DNA of 45,816 nucleotides from an uncultured Actinomycetes bacterium (GTDB lineage Bacteria; Actinomycetota; Actinomycetes; S36-B12), in NCBI GenBank assembly GCA_913061025.1, contig CAJXUJ010000001.1, forward strand, positions 1 to 45,816. Direction: 5' to 3'. Made by a program: the position numbers and the translations under genes. Under the pieces are notes generated by a model. It was not told the origin of the DNA. It made no database searches and saw only the letters and a program-made list of their open reading frames with translations. Each line of letters starts with the position of its first letter. The first letter of the stretch is position 1. Below, in pieces: positions 30,414-40,200 of the stretch.

Positions 30414-31016
30414 TCACTCGTCGTCGATCGTGGGGTCAACACCCATGTCCAAGGACTCCCACGCGTCGCGCGGACTGCGGCCCGGGCGCTCGTAGCCTTT
30501 CCCGAGAGCAGCCCAGGTCGCACCGCGGGCGACAGCCAGGCCGCCTCCGGCGGCCAGCAGTATTCCGGCAACGATCGCAAGGAGCGGGTACACAGCCGAC
30601 GTTGCGACGACTTCGCCGTAGCGGGGCAATTCGGTCCCGATCGATGACGCCTGCCACGCGGTGAATGCCGACCACGCCAGAACCAATCCGGCTGCCAGCA
30701 CGAGGGCACCGATCACTCGTCGAAGCACACCGCGCGAACCGATGATCCCGGCGATACCGGCGGCTCCGAGAATCGGCATGGCCGACGCAAGGGGCGACAG
30801 CGTGGCACCACTGATCCCACGGAGGCTGGTCGCGGCAATATCGGTGTTGCCTAGCGCGTTGCCCGTTGTTCCGAGGAGGGATTCCTCGACCGTGACCCAC
30901 GATGAGGACACTGCCCACCACCCCAGAGCCGAACCGGCAACCATCAATGCCAGGGCCAGGCCGTACTGCCTCTTACGGGTGCGCGCGGGGGAAGCTTCGT
31001 CGGCATCGGCGGGCAT
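30414..31016 (-). CDS. Trp-biosynthesis-associated membrane protein (Rv1610 / TIGR02234-like)
   Basis: About 200 aa from the ATG at 31016 ([34 protein letters not shown]), with 4 TM spans. It overlaps the trpE stop by 1 nt (TGATG). The slot immediately after trpE holds this family in Mycobacterium and Streptomyces. Confidence 0.75.
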   Translation of the reverse strand: MPADADEASPARTRKRQYGLALALMVAGSALGWWAVSSSWVTVEESLLGTTGNALGNTDIAATSLRGISGATLSPLASAMPILGAAGIAGIIGSRGVLRRVIGALVLAAGLVLAWSAFTAWQASSIGTELPRYGEVVATSAVYPLLAIVAGILLAAGGGLAVARGATWAALGKGYERPGRSPRDAWESLDMGVDPTIDDE

Positions 31017-32581
31017 CACGAGTCGCGTCTTCCCACCGAGCGCAACGACGACGCCGTGGCCAGGGCCGCAAGAACCGCGCCCGCTTTGTTGGCGCACTCC
31101 TGCGCCTCGGCAACAGGGTCGGAGTCCGCAACGATCCCGGCTCCGGCCTGCACGTGCGCGACACCAGCTTGAATGACCGCGGTTCTAATAGCGATGGCCA
31201 TATCAAGGTTGCCGCGGAAATCCACGTATCCGACCACTCCTCCGTAGAGCCCACGGCGGAAAGTCTCGAGTTCGTCGATGATCTCCATCGCGCGCACCTT
31301 GGGGGCACCGCTGAGCGTCCCCGCGGGGAACGTCGCGCGCAGGGCGTCGAGCGCGGTCACGTCGGCACCTAGCCGCCCGGTCACGGTGGACACTATGTGC
31401 ATCACATGCGAGTACCGCTCGATCTGCATGAATTCGGTGACATCGACCGAGCCTGGTTCGCAGACTCGTCCAAGGTCATTGCGGGCAAGGTCAACGAGCA
31501 TCACGTGCTCCGCACGCTCCTTGTGGTCGGCCAGCAAGTCACGAGCCAATTCCTGATCTTCTTCCGGTGTCCGGCCTCGCTTGCGAGTTCCGGCGATCGG
31601 GTGAACCGTGCATAGACCCTCGTCGACGGTCACCAGCGCTTCCGGGGATGAACCGACGACGTCGAATGCGCTGTCGTCACCAAGCCCGGGCTGCCCATCG
31701 CCCGACACTTCGCGTGGAATCCGAATCAGGTACATGTACGGGCTTGGATTAGAGGAACGAAGAACTCGATAGACATCGAGGGAACGCGCATCGATCGGCA
31801 TCGAATAGCGCTGGGACAGAACGATCTGGAAAGCGTCGCCCGCGCGAATGTATTCCTTTGCTGCATCGACCGAGGCGAGGTAGTCGGCATCGGTGGTATG
31901 CGCGTGGATGTTCGGCGTGACCGCTTCGGTGACTACCGAAACATCGACGCCCGCGGGTCTCGCTAGGGCCGCCTGCATCTCATCGAGCCGCGCCGCGGCG
32001 TCTTGGTAGGCCTCGTCGACGCGCGCGTCAGACGCATCGAAGTTTATGGCTGTTGCGATCAATGTGACGGTTCCCCGAAAGTGATCGAGGACGGCTAGGT
32101 CGGTGGCGAGCAGGAACGCGAGATCGGGGACGTCCAGTGCGCTGGGGTTCGCATCGGGGAGTCGCTCGAACTGGCGAACGGCGTCGTAGGCCAGACAACC
32201 GACGAACCCGCTAGTGAAGCGCGGACCGGCATCAACCAAATCGCTGGGCGTATTCAGCACCGCCACCGATTCGCGCAATACGTCCCAGGCACTTCCAGTG
32301 GTCGGTAGCCCCACGGGCACCTTGCCGACCCAGCGCACCTGTCCGTCGCGTTCGGTGAGCATCGCTGCCGCACGAACTCCAACGAAGGAATAACGCGACC
32401 ACGAACGTCCAGCCTCTGCCGACTCCAGGAGGAAAGTTCCTGCGCGGTCTTCGCACAGGGTTTCGAACAGCCCGATCGCCGTGAGGCCGTCGGCCAGCAA
32501 CGTCCGCGTGACGGGAATAACCCGATTGTCCTGCGCGAGTCGGCGAAACTCATCGAGGTCCAGGGAGTCTTCACCGATCAT
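31016..32581 (-). CDS. trpE: Anthranilate synthase component I
   Basis: Shows FLLESAE, SSPE, and the chorismate-binding C-terminus [22 protein letters not shown] chose the ATG at 32581 because the track start at 32593 is TTG. Either start overlaps the hisI 3' end. Confidence 0.95.
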   Translation of the reverse strand: MIGEDSLDLDEFRRLAQDNRVIPVTRTLLADGLTAIGLFETLCEDRAGTFLLESAEAGRSWSRYSFVGVRAAAMLTERDGQVRWVGKVPVGLPTTGSAWDVLRESVAVLNTPSDLVDAGPRFTSGFVGCLAYDAVRQFERLPDANPSALDVPDLAFLLATDLAVLDHFRGTVTLIATAINFDASDARVDEAYQDAAARLDEMQAALARPAGVDVSVVTEAVTPNIHAHTTDADYLASVDAAKEYIRAGDAFQIVLSQRYSMPIDARSLDVYRVLRSSNPSPYMYLIRIPREVSGDGQPGLGDDSAFDVVGSSPEALVTVDEGLCTVHPIAGTRKRGRTPEEDQELARDLLADHKERAEHVMLVDLARNDLGRVCEPGSVDVTEFMQIERYSHVMHIVSTVTGRLGADVTALDALRATFPAGTLSGAPKVRAMEIIDELETFRRGLYGGVVGYVDFRGNLDMAIAIRTAVIQAGVAHVQAGAGIVADSDPVAEAQECANKAGAVLAALATASSLRSVGRRDS

Positions 32582-32954
32582 CAAAGCCACCAACGTCGAA
32601 GCAACTCGTGGCCCCGGTGTGACATGCCGGACCGATTTGTTCGACCTGCATCAAGAGGGTATCGCCATCGCAGTCGACGAACAGCGCCCGAACGTGCTGG
32701 TGATGTCCGGACGTCTCTCCCTTCACCCACTGTCGGCCACGGCTGCGTGAGAAGTAGGTTCCACGCCGGGTTTCCACGGTTGCTCTGACCGCCGATTCAT
32801 CCATCCACGCCATCATCAGGACCCGACCCGAGTCGTAAGCCTGCGCGATCGCCGGCACCAGTCCGTCGTCGTTGAAGCGGATGCGGGCGAGGATGTCATC
32901 GACCGGGTGATCGATCACATCACCCGAGACGGCTGCCCGATCGCGGTCATCCAT
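32571..32954 (-). CDS. hisI: Phosphoribosyl-AMP cyclohydrolase
   Basis: 127 aa. Shows [25 protein letters not shown] and CHTGATSCF. The ATG overlaps the hisF end by 8 nt. Confidence 0.93.
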   Translation of the reverse strand: MDDRDRAAVSGDVIDHPVDDILARIRFNDDGLVPAIAQAYDSGRVLMMAWMDESAVRATVETRRGTYFSRSRGRQWVKGETSGHHQHVRALFVDCDGDTLLMQVEQIGPACHTGATSCFDVGGFDDR

Positions 32955-33738
32955 GCAGGCTATTGTGCCGACGCACCGGCAACCCAGCGTCGGCGAGTGC
33001 CGACTTCACCTCCGGGATCGACAACTGACCGAAGTGAAAGACGCTGGCAGCAAGCACCGCGTCCGCGCCGGCATCTACCGCCTCGGGGAAATCCGAGAGC
33101 TTGCCGGCACCGCCGCTGGCAATAAGTGGAACGCTAACCCGCGCTCGGACCTGTTCGATCATGTCGGTGTCGAAGCCGCGGGTGGTGCCATCGGCGTCCA
33201 TCGAGTTCAGGAGGATCTCGCCGGCGCCTCGCTCGACACCTTCCGTCGCCCACTCGAGGGCATCTATCCCCGTGCCTCGCCTTCCACCGTGCGTGGTCAC
33301 CTCGAAACCACTGGGGGTCGACGTCTCCCCCGTGCAGCGGCGAGCATCGACGCTGAGGACGACGCACTGTGCACCGAACCGGGCACTGGCCCGGCTCAAC
33401 AGTTCCGGATCCGCGATCGCGGCGGTATTCAGGCTGACCTTGTCGGCACCTGCGCGCAGCAGCCGATCGAAGTCCTCGACACTGCGGACGCCCCCGCCGA
33501 CGGTGAGCGGGATGAAGACGCTCTCCGCCGTCCTGCGCACGACGTCGTAGGTGGTTTCCCTACTTCCCGACGATGCGGTGATGTCCAGGAAGACGAGTTC
33601 GTCGGCTCCCTGGGCGTCGTAGGTCGCCGCAAGCTCGACGGGATCGCCGGCATCGCGGAGGCCTTCGAAGTTGACACCCTTGACCACGCGACCAGCGTCT
33701 ACATCCAGACAGGGAATGACGCGTACAGCAAGGGTCAT
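32947..33738 (-). CDS. hisF: Imidazole glycerol phosphate synthase, cyclase subunit
   Basis: Shows [35 protein letters not shown] and [15 protein letters not shown]. The ATG at 33738 makes an ATGA overlap with the upstream stop. Confidence 0.95.
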   Translation of the reverse strand: MTLAVRVIPCLDVDAGRVVKGVNFEGLRDAGDPVELAATYDAQGADELVFLDITASSGSRETTYDVVRRTAESVFIPLTVGGGVRSVEDFDRLLRAGADKVSLNTAAIADPELLSRASARFGAQCVVLSVDARRCTGETSTPSGFEVTTHGGRRGTGIDALEWATEGVERGAGEILLNSMDADGTTRGFDTDMIEQVRARVSVPLIASGGAGKLSDFPEAVDAGADAVLAASVFHFGQLSIPEVKSALADAGLPVRRHNSLHG

Positions 33739-34496
33739 GGGCGCGGCGGACCCCACTCGTACGGGTCGTAGCGTGCTTCGATCGCGGCGATGGCCTCGGC
33801 GAGGGTAAAGGCGCCGTCGTAGAGCGCCCGACCGATGATGGCACCCTCGATGCCCTCCGACGTCATGTCCGCGAGCTTGTGCAAATCCTCGAGATGGCTG
33901 ATGCCCCCGGACGCGACAACCTTCGCCTTGGTGACCTTGCAGACGTCACGCAACAGATGGAAGTTCGGGCCCTTCATGGTGCCGTCCTTGTGGACGTCGG
34001 TGATGACGTAGCGGGCGCAACCGGCAGCATCAAGCCGGCCGAGCGTCTCCCACAGATCCCCACCCTCGGTGGTCCAGCCGCGGGCGGCGAGGGTGTGGCC
34101 CTTGACGTCGAGTCCCACCGCGATGCGATCACCGTGCTCTCCGATCACCCGCTCGGTCCACTCCGGGTTCTCCAGTGCCGCGGTGCCGAGGTTGACCCGG
34201 GTGCAGCCGGTGGCCAGCGCCCTGCTCAGTGACTCGTCGTCGCGAATGCCTCCGGACAGTTCGATCTGAACCCGATCACGTAGCGAGTGGACAACCTCGT
34301 TGATCGTGTCCGCGTTCGATCCACGGCCGAAAGCCGCGTCGAGGTCGACCAGGTGAATCCAGGTAGCGCCCTGGTCGACCCATGACCGCGCGGCATCGAG
34401 CGGGCGCCCGTAGACGGTCTCTGATCCGGCCTTGCCTTGGACCAAACGAACCGCCTGACCATCGGCGACGTCGACGGCGGGCAACAACTCGAGCAT
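33735..34496 (-). CDS. hisA: HisA-type (beta/alpha)8 isomerase, probably the dual-substrate PriA form (ProFAR isomerase / phosphoribosylanthranilate isomerase)
   Basis: Shows [31 protein letters not shown] and [13 protein letters not shown]. The ATG at 34496 is preferred over the GTG at 34523. The PriA assignment is an inference from the actinobacterial context and the absence of trpF in this trp cluster, not from diagnostic residues. Confidence 0.9.
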   Translation of the reverse strand: MLELLPAVDVADGQAVRLVQGKAGSETVYGRPLDAARSWVDQGATWIHLVDLDAAFGRGSNADTINEVVHSLRDRVQIELSGGIRDDESLSRALATGCTRVNLGTAALENPEWTERVIGEHGDRIAVGLDVKGHTLAARGWTTEGGDLWETLGRLDAAGCARYVITDVHKDGTMKGPNFHLLRDVCKVTKAKVVASGGISHLEDLHKLADMTSEGIEGAIIGRALYDGAFTLAEAIAAIEARYDPYEWGPPRP

Positions 34497-34559
34497 TGCG
34501 GGTTTTCCATGGCTCAGATTCACGGCGACAGCCTAGGTCACCGCGGTGAGAGGTCCTTG

Positions 34560-35216
34560 CTACCGCAGTCGATCCACCCAGTTGCGCAGCAGCGCGAGAC
34601 CGGCCTCGCCGGACTTCTCCGGGTGGAACTGCGTGGCGACCAGTGCACCGTTCTCCACCGCGGCGACGAACCCACCGCCGTAGTCACACCACGAGACCTT
34701 CGGCGGGGGCAGCAGCGGATCGGCATCTTCACGCGCCATCTGCCGATTCATCTGCCAACGCCGCACGCCGTAGGAGTGCACAAAGTAGAAGCGCTCAGTT
34801 TCGACACCGCGGAAGAGCTCGGAGCCTTCGGCCACCTGCACGGTGTCCCATCCCATGTGAGGAAGAACGGGAGCGTCGAGTGCCTCGACGGTTCCCGGCC
34901 ATTGGTCCAACCCCGGCGTTCGAATCCCGTGCTCGACTCCATCGGTGAACAACACCTGCAGGCCCACGCAGATGCCGAAGACGGGACGTCCGCCCGCGAG
35001 CCGCCGATCGATGAGTTGCCCACCCTTGATCGACTCGATTCCGGACATGCACGCGGCATAGGCACCGACCCCCGGAACCACCAGACCGTCACACTCGACC
35101 GCCGCATCGCGGTCGGCGGTCACCTCAACCCGAGCGCCGGCGTGCTCGAGCGCACGCTGCGCCGAACGGAGGTTTCCGCTTCCGTAGTCGAGGACGACCA
35201 CCCGTGGAGCACCCAT
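34560..35216 (-). CDS. hisH: Imidazole glycerol phosphate synthase, glutamine amidotransferase subunit
   Basis: 218 aa. Shows [13 protein letters not shown], the catalytic Cys in [10 protein letters not shown], and FHPEKS. Confidence 0.95.
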   Translation of the reverse strand: MGAPRVVVLDYGSGNLRSAQRALEHAGARVEVTADRDAAVECDGLVVPGVGAYAACMSGIESIKGGQLIDRRLAGGRPVFGICVGLQVLFTDGVEHGIRTPGLDQWPGTVEALDAPVLPHMGWDTVQVAEGSELFRGVETERFYFVHSYGVRRWQMNRQMAREDADPLLPPPKVSWCDYGGGFVAAVENGALVATQFHPEKSGEAGLALLRNWVDRLR

Positions 35217-35252
35217 GCGCGAGTTGGCCCTGGTTCGATCGGTGCGTGACCG

Positions 35253-35849
35253 TTAGGACGCCGTCAGTGTTCCCTTGGTGGACGGCACACCGACCACGCG
35301 GGGATCAAGCGCGACCGCATCGCGCAGTGAGCGGGCAACTGACTTGAACTGTGCTTCCACGACATGGTGCGCGTTGCGCCCACTCAGAACGCGAACGTGC
35401 AGGGTGATCTGACTGGTGGCCACGATCGACTCCCAGATGTGGCGAGTCAGCGTGGTGTCGTAGCTACCGATCAACTCCACCAACTCTGGTTCCTCGTGCA
35501 CCAGGTAGGGGCGACCGGAAAGATCCACGGCGGATTGCACGAGGCACTCATCGAGCGGGACAAGCGCATCCCCGTAGCGACGCAAACCTGCCCTGTCCCC
35601 CAGCGCCTCGTTGATGGCTTGACCGAGAGCCAACGACGTGTCCTCCACGGTGTGATGGGCATCGACTTCGAGATCACCGTCGGTCTTGACGGTCAGGTCG
35701 AAACCGCCGTGCTTGGCGAGTTGGGCGAGCATGTGATCGAAGAAGGGCACACCGGTTTCGATGGAACTCGTTCCCGTTCCATCCAGTTCGATCTCGACGA
35801 GAACGTCACTTTCCTTGGTCTTGCGTTCGACGCGTGCCGTCCTGCTCAT
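35253..35849 (-). CDS. hisB: Imidazoleglycerol-phosphate dehydratase
   Basis: 198 aa. Shows [14 protein letters not shown] and [19 protein letters not shown] overlap with the hisC stop. Confidence 0.95.
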   Translation of the reverse strand: MSRTARVERKTKESDVLVEIELDGTGTSSIETGVPFFDHMLAQLAKHGGFDLTVKTDGDLEVDAHHTVEDTSLALGQAINEALGDRAGLRRYGDALVPLDECLVQSAVDLSGRPYLVHEEPELVELIGSYDTTLTRHIWESIVATSQITLHVRVLSGRNAHHVVEAQFKSVARSLRDAVALDPRVVGVPSTKGTLTAS

Positions 35850-36979
35850 TCGTTACCACCGTTTCCCTTGCCGTCGAACTGGAGAACTGCGAGAACCTCA
35901 TCCAATGCAGCGATAAACCTAGCGTTCTCCTCCGGTGTGCCCACCGAGACCCGCAGCCAGTTCTCCGGGCCGGTTTCCCGGATGAGCACGCCACGATCGA
36001 GCAACCCTTGCCAAACACGGTGACGATTGGGGAAGGTTCCGAAGAAGCAGAAGTTGGCATCGCTGGGGGCGACGGTGAGGCCGCGAGACTCCAGCGCCCA
36101 CGCTAGCTCGTCGCGTTGTTCGCGCAGCAGCGCCACATCATTTTGGAGTTCATCTGCGAAGTCCAAGGCGGTGCGGGCGACGGCCTGGGTAATCGCGGAG
36201 AGGTGGTACGGCAACCGCACCACCCGAAGCGCATCGATCACCGCGGGGTGGGCGGCTGCGTAACCCACTCGCGCTCCGGCCATCGCGAACGCCTTGCTCA
36301 TGGTGCGGGTGACGACGACGTTGGGGTTGTCCGAGATGAGTTCCAGCGCGCTGCCAACCCCCTCGCGACGAAACTCTGCGTACGCCTCATCGACCACGAG
36401 CACGCCGCCAACGTTGGCAACAGCACGAGCAATCTGGGCAACGTCGTCCAGATCGATGCTGGTTCCCGTGGGGTTGTTGGGCGAAGCGAGGAGCACCAAG
36501 CTCGGTCTGTGCCCTGCGATGGCGGCGAGGCTCTCCTCTATGTCCACCGAAAAATCGTCGCGTCGCGGTACCGACACCAGCTCGGTGAAGGACTCGCGGG
36601 CGTACTCGGGGTACATCGAGTACGTCGGAGGAAATGTCAGGGCGATGCGTCCGGGTCCACCGAATGCGTGCATGACATGCGCCATGACTTCATTGGATCC
36701 GTTCGCCGCCCAGATCGACTCCAGCGGAAGACGGACACCGGACTCCCGTTCGAGGTAGTCGGCGAGCGCCTGCCGAAGCTCAGGGAAATCTCGATCCGGG
36801 TAGCGGTTCATGCCCACCGCAGCCCCCTCGACGTTATCCGCGAGAGCCTTCGCGAGAGCATCCGACGGTGGGAAAGGGTTCTCGTTGACGTTGAGCCGGA
36901 CCTCTACGTCTAGTTGTGGTGCACCGTAGGGCGTGTGGCCGGCGAGATCGTCACGAATCGGGGGCTGGTACTGAGCCAC
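35846..36979 (-). CDS. hisC: Histidinol-phosphate aminotransferase
   Basis: The start is the GTG at 36979 ([23 protein letters not shown]), 2 nt after the hisD stop, with GGGGGAG upstream. Shows LNVNENPF and the PLP lysine in [15 protein letters not shown]. The upstream 87 codons of the track ORF overlap hisD. Confidence 0.93.
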   Translation of the reverse strand: MAQYQPPIRDDLAGHTPYGAPQLDVEVRLNVNENPFPPSDALAKALADNVEGAAVGMNRYPDRDFPELRQALADYLERESGVRLPLESIWAANGSNEVMAHVMHAFGGPGRIALTFPPTYSMYPEYARESFTELVSVPRRDDFSVDIEESLAAIAGHRPSLVLLASPNNPTGTSIDLDDVAQIARAVANVGGVLVVDEAYAEFRREGVGSALELISDNPNVVVTRTMSKAFAMAGARVGYAAAHPAVIDALRVVRLPYHLSAITQAVARTALDFADELQNDVALLREQRDELAWALESRGLTVAPSDANFCFFGTFPNRHRVWQGLLDRGVLIRETGPENWLRVSVGTPEENARFIAALDEVLAVLQFDGKGNGGNE

Positions 36980-36981
36980 CC

Positions 36982-38328
36982 CTACTCCCCCGGCTCCTTG
37001 GACTCGCCTGCCCGGAACCGGACGTTGATGGCGTCGCCGTGGCCCGGCAGGTCCTCGGCCTGCGCCAGCGCCACCACGTGACCGGCCACATCGCCCAGGG
37101 CAGTTTGGTCGTAGTCGATGACGTGGATGCCGCGCAGGAACGACTGCACCGACAGACCCGACGAGTGACGCGCGGCGCCCATGGTCGGAAGGACATGGTT
37201 CGAGCCAGCGCAGTAATCGCCGAGCGACACTGGCGACCACGGGCCGACAAAAATCGCACCGGCATTGCGCACCCGCATTGCGACGTCCCGGGCTTCACGG
37301 GTGTGGATCTCGAGGTGTTCGGCCGCGTAGGCATCCACCACACCCAATCCCTGCTCGATATCTCGCACCACGATGATCGCGCTCTGGATCCCGGTGAGTG
37401 CCTCGGTGATGCGCTCGACGTGCTTGGTCTGCGACACCTGCAGCCGCACTTCGCCCTCGACCGCGGCCGCGAGTTCGGGGCTCGTGGTCACCAGGACGGC
37501 GGCGGCGATGACATCGTGTTCGGCCTGACTGATGAGGTCGGCGGCAACAAAGCGCGCGTCTGCGGTGTCGTCAGCCAGGATCGCGACCTCAGTCGGACCG
37601 GCTTCGGAGTCGATCCCGATGATTCCCTGGAGTGCCCTCTTTGCGGCCGTGACATAAATGTTTCCCGGTCCCGTGACGAGATCAACCGGTTCGCAGCGCG
37701 AACCTTCGACGCGCCCACCCTCCACAAGATCCACGCCGTAGGCGAGCATCGCAACCGCCTGCGCTCCCCCAACCGAATACACCTCATCGACACCCAACAG
37801 CGAGCACGCGGCGAGGATCGTGGGGTGCGGCCAGCCGTCGAAGTCCTTTTGCGGTGGGCTCACGACTACGAGGGACCGAACTCCGGCCTCTTGGGCCGGG
37901 ACAACGTTCATGACCACGCTGCTGGGATAGACGGCTCGACCTCCCGGGACATACAGCCCGACTCGATCGACCGGGAGCCACCTTTCGGTCACCGATCCGC
38001 CCGGGACGACCTCGGTGATGACATCGACCCGCCTCTGGTCGCGGTGCACCTTGCGCGCTCGTTCGATGGCGACCTCGAGGGCTGCCCGAACCTGCGGATC
38101 GAGGTCGAGGACCGCTTGGTCGATGACCTCGGCGGGGACACGGAGGCTTGCGGGTCGAACCCCATCGAACCGTTCACACGCGTCGAGCACGGCCGATTCC
38201 CCATGATCCCTGACGGCATCGAGAACCGGTTTGATCGTCTCCCCGGCGTCGGCGAGATCCATCGCCGCACGGGGAACGACGGTTCTCGGATCCGCCGAGG
38301 ACTCACGCAAGTCGATGAGACGTAACAC
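36982..38328 (-). CDS. hisD: Histidinol dehydrogenase
   Basis: 448 aa. Shows [22 protein letters not shown] and [18 protein letters not shown] start at 38328. Confidence 0.96.
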   Translation of the reverse strand: MLRLIDLRESSADPRTVVPRAAMDLADAGETIKPVLDAVRDHGESAVLDACERFDGVRPASLRVPAEVIDQAVLDLDPQVRAALEVAIERARKVHRDQRRVDVITEVVPGGSVTERWLPVDRVGLYVPGGRAVYPSSVVMNVVPAQEAGVRSLVVVSPPQKDFDGWPHPTILAACSLLGVDEVYSVGGAQAVAMLAYGVDLVEGGRVEGSRCEPVDLVTGPGNIYVTAAKRALQGIIGIDSEAGPTEVAILADDTADARFVAADLISQAEHDVIAAAVLVTTSPELAAAVEGEVRLQVSQTKHVERITEALTGIQSAIIVVRDIEQGLGVVDAYAAEHLEIHTREARDVAMRVRNAGAIFVGPWSPVSLGDYCAGSNHVLPTMGAARHSSGLSVQSFLRGIHVIDYDQTALGDVAGHVVALAQAEDLPGHGDAINVRFRAGESKEPGE

Positions 38329-38351
38329 GACTCGGAGTCTACGCTCGAAGC

Positions 38352-39041
38352 ATGGAACCGTCGTTGCCGCTCTTTCCGCTCACGACGGCCCTCGTGCCAG
38401 GCCTCGTCCTCCCGTTACACATCTTCGAGCCCCGCTACCGGCTCATGGTCGAGGAGCTCCTAGACAAGCCGGAGGATGAACGCGAGTTCGGGATCATCGC
38501 CGTGCGCGAGCGCAAGGCTCGCTCAGATGACAATCCAAGCCCCACGGAGGAGTTCTATCCGGTCGGTGTCACCGCTCTCCTGCGTCAGGCGGAACGACGC
38601 GAGGACGGCCGCTACGACATCGTCACGATCGGTGGGCGTCGGTTCCACATCGACGAACTCGACCGATCCGCACCACTCCTGCGTGCACAGGTGACCTACG
38701 TTCCCGAACCGGAGATCGACGGCACAGACCCCGCAGTCCAGGCACTCGCTGCCGCAGCGGCGAACGCCTTCGAGAAATACCGCGCGGTCCTCGGCGGACA
38801 GCTGGATGAAGAACGTTCCGACGACGAGCAGGTACCCGACGATCCCACCGTGCTCAGTTACCTGATTACCGCAGCCCTGGTGATCGATGCCGCAACCCGT
38901 CAGGAATTGTTGGCCTCACCCGACGCCCTGACCAGGCTACGGGCCGGCATGAAGATCCTGGCCTCCGAGTCGGCACTCATCTCCGCCCTCGGAGCGGTGC
39001 CGGCCCTTGACCTGCTGCAGTCCTCCCCGTCGGAGAACTAG
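38352..39041 (+). CDS. LON N-terminal (substrate-binding) domain protein
   Basis: 229 aa. [33 protein letters not shown] is the canonical start of the LON_substr_bdg / PUA-like domain. There is no ATPase or protease domain. It is divergent from hisD. Confidence 0.8.
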   Translation: MEPSLPLFPLTTALVPGLVLPLHIFEPRYRLMVEELLDKPEDEREFGIIAVRERKARSDDNPSPTEEFYPVGVTALLRQAERREDGRYDIVTIGGRRFHIDELDRSAPLLRAQVTYVPEPEIDGTDPAVQALAAAAANAFEKYRAVLGGQLDEERSDDEQVPDDPTVLSYLITAALVIDAATRQELLASPDALTRLRAGMKILASESALISALGAVPALDLLQSSPSEN

Positions 39042-39575
39042 GTGTCGGCTCGAAAGGAGCGGCACTCTCGGGGAACGCCTGCACTCGCGCTGTTGTCCAA
39101 GCAGAACATCCCGCACACAGTGCACGAGTTCGCACGAAAACCAGATCAGGCCGGCACCCACGTGGACTATGGACTCGAGGCCGCGGACGCGATGGGCGTG
39201 CCCCCAGCATCGGTGTTCAAGACACTCGTGTGGTCAACGAGCGACTCGTCCCCGCCCGCGCTTCTCCTGGCTTTGGTTCCCGTCGACGCACAGGTCTCAC
39301 CCAAGATGTTGGCGGCGGCTGTGGGCGCGAAGAAAGTCGCCCTAGCAACCAGCGAGGCTGCCGAACGCGTCAGTGGTTCTGTGGTCGGGGCTATCAGCCC
39401 GTTGGGTATGCGCCAACGTCTTCCGGTTGTTCTCGATTTCAGCGCAGAAGGCCTGCAGGAGATCTTCGTGAGCGCAGGACGACGAGGACTCGAGATCTGC
39501 TTGGCGCCACGTGATCTCATCGCCGCGACGAATGCGACGGTGGCGCCCATCGCCGTCGCACCGGGCCACTCGTAG
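39042..39575 (+). CDS. ybaK: Cys-tRNA(Pro)/Cys-tRNA(Cys) deacylase YbaK
   Basis: 177 aa. It aligns by eye with E. coli YbaK: TPALALLSKQNIPHTVHEF; FKTLV; VGAKKVALA; GSVVGAISPLG; IFVSAGRRGLEI. The GTG start immediately follows the TAG of the upstream gene. Confidence 0.85.
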   Translation: MSARKERHSRGTPALALLSKQNIPHTVHEFARKPDQAGTHVDYGLEAADAMGVPPASVFKTLVWSTSDSSPPALLLALVPVDAQVSPKMLAAAVGAKKVALATSEAAERVSGSVVGAISPLGMRQRLPVVLDFSAEGLQEIFVSAGRRGLEICLAPRDLIAATNATVAPIAVAPGHS

Positions 39576-39596
39576 CCCGATCGTTCAGCCGCAGCT

Positions 39597-40181
39597 CTAC
39601 TCGACGGGGGTCCCACGCTTTGCTCGCGCCGCGATCCAGTCACCCACCGCGAGCACGACGACGACGGATGCCGACGCAACGGCCCAGACCAAGAACACCC
39701 CGGGCATGGTCACTTCAAGGGGTCCGTCGACCACCACTTCTTCACTCGTCGTCGCCACGAGGCCCTCGATGTCCACCGAACCAAGCCGCGTTCCTACCTG
39801 CCACATGGCAAGCGTGCCGATCGCGCTCGCGATAAGGCCGGCGAGCAGCACACCGAGCAGGTGTTGACGACGCATGGTGGCCAGCGCGACGGTCAAGATC
39901 ACTCCGGCAACAAGGGCGAGGGCGGCGAAGGAGACATCGGCCGCGAGAAACTCTTCGGGCTGAAACCCTTGTGTCCTGGCTCCGTCGGGGCGGATGGCGA
40001 CCGTGGCGCGTGGCGCCAACTGCCACCACAGCACCCCGAGGGCCGAACCGCCCAGCAGTCCGCCGATAAGGCCAGCAATAACAACCGACCGTTCGGGGCG
40101 TTCACGCCGGCCACGTGCATCTTGACCTGCGACAGGCGACTCGTCCGGGCTGACTGCCTCAAGGCTGCCGGTGTCGGTCAC
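39597..40181 (-). CDS. Hypothetical membrane protein (four predicted TM spans; possibly DUF2567-like)
   Basis: 194 aa. A charged N-terminus is followed by VVIAGLIGGLLGGSALGVLWW, FAALALVAGVILTVALA, LLGVLLAGLIASAIGTLAMW and GVFLVWAVASASVVVVLAV. The GTG start has no obvious SD, so the start is uncertain. The family name is a guess. Confidence 0.6.
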   Translation of the reverse strand: MTDTGSLEAVSPDESPVAGQDARGRRERPERSVVIAGLIGGLLGGSALGVLWWQLAPRATVAIRPDGARTQGFQPEEFLAADVSFAALALVAGVILTVALATMRRQHLLGVLLAGLIASAIGTLAMWQVGTRLGSVDIEGLVATTSEEVVVDGPLEVTMPGVFLVWAVASASVVVVLAVGDWIAARAKRGTPVE

Positions 40182-40200
40182 CTAGTAACCGTACGACACA

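Noticed and set aside
34918-34927. GTTCGAATCC, a tRNA T-loop-like decamer.
   Set aside because: The flanking bases cannot form a T-stem or acceptor stem, and the decamer lies in frame inside hisH. No tRNA is present.
39054-39059. A perfect AAGGAG inside the first codons of ybaK, which might suggest a downstream start.
   Set aside because: There is no in-frame ATG or GTG within a usable distance. The next TTG would delete the conserved TPALALL segment that aligns with the E. coli YbaK N-terminus.
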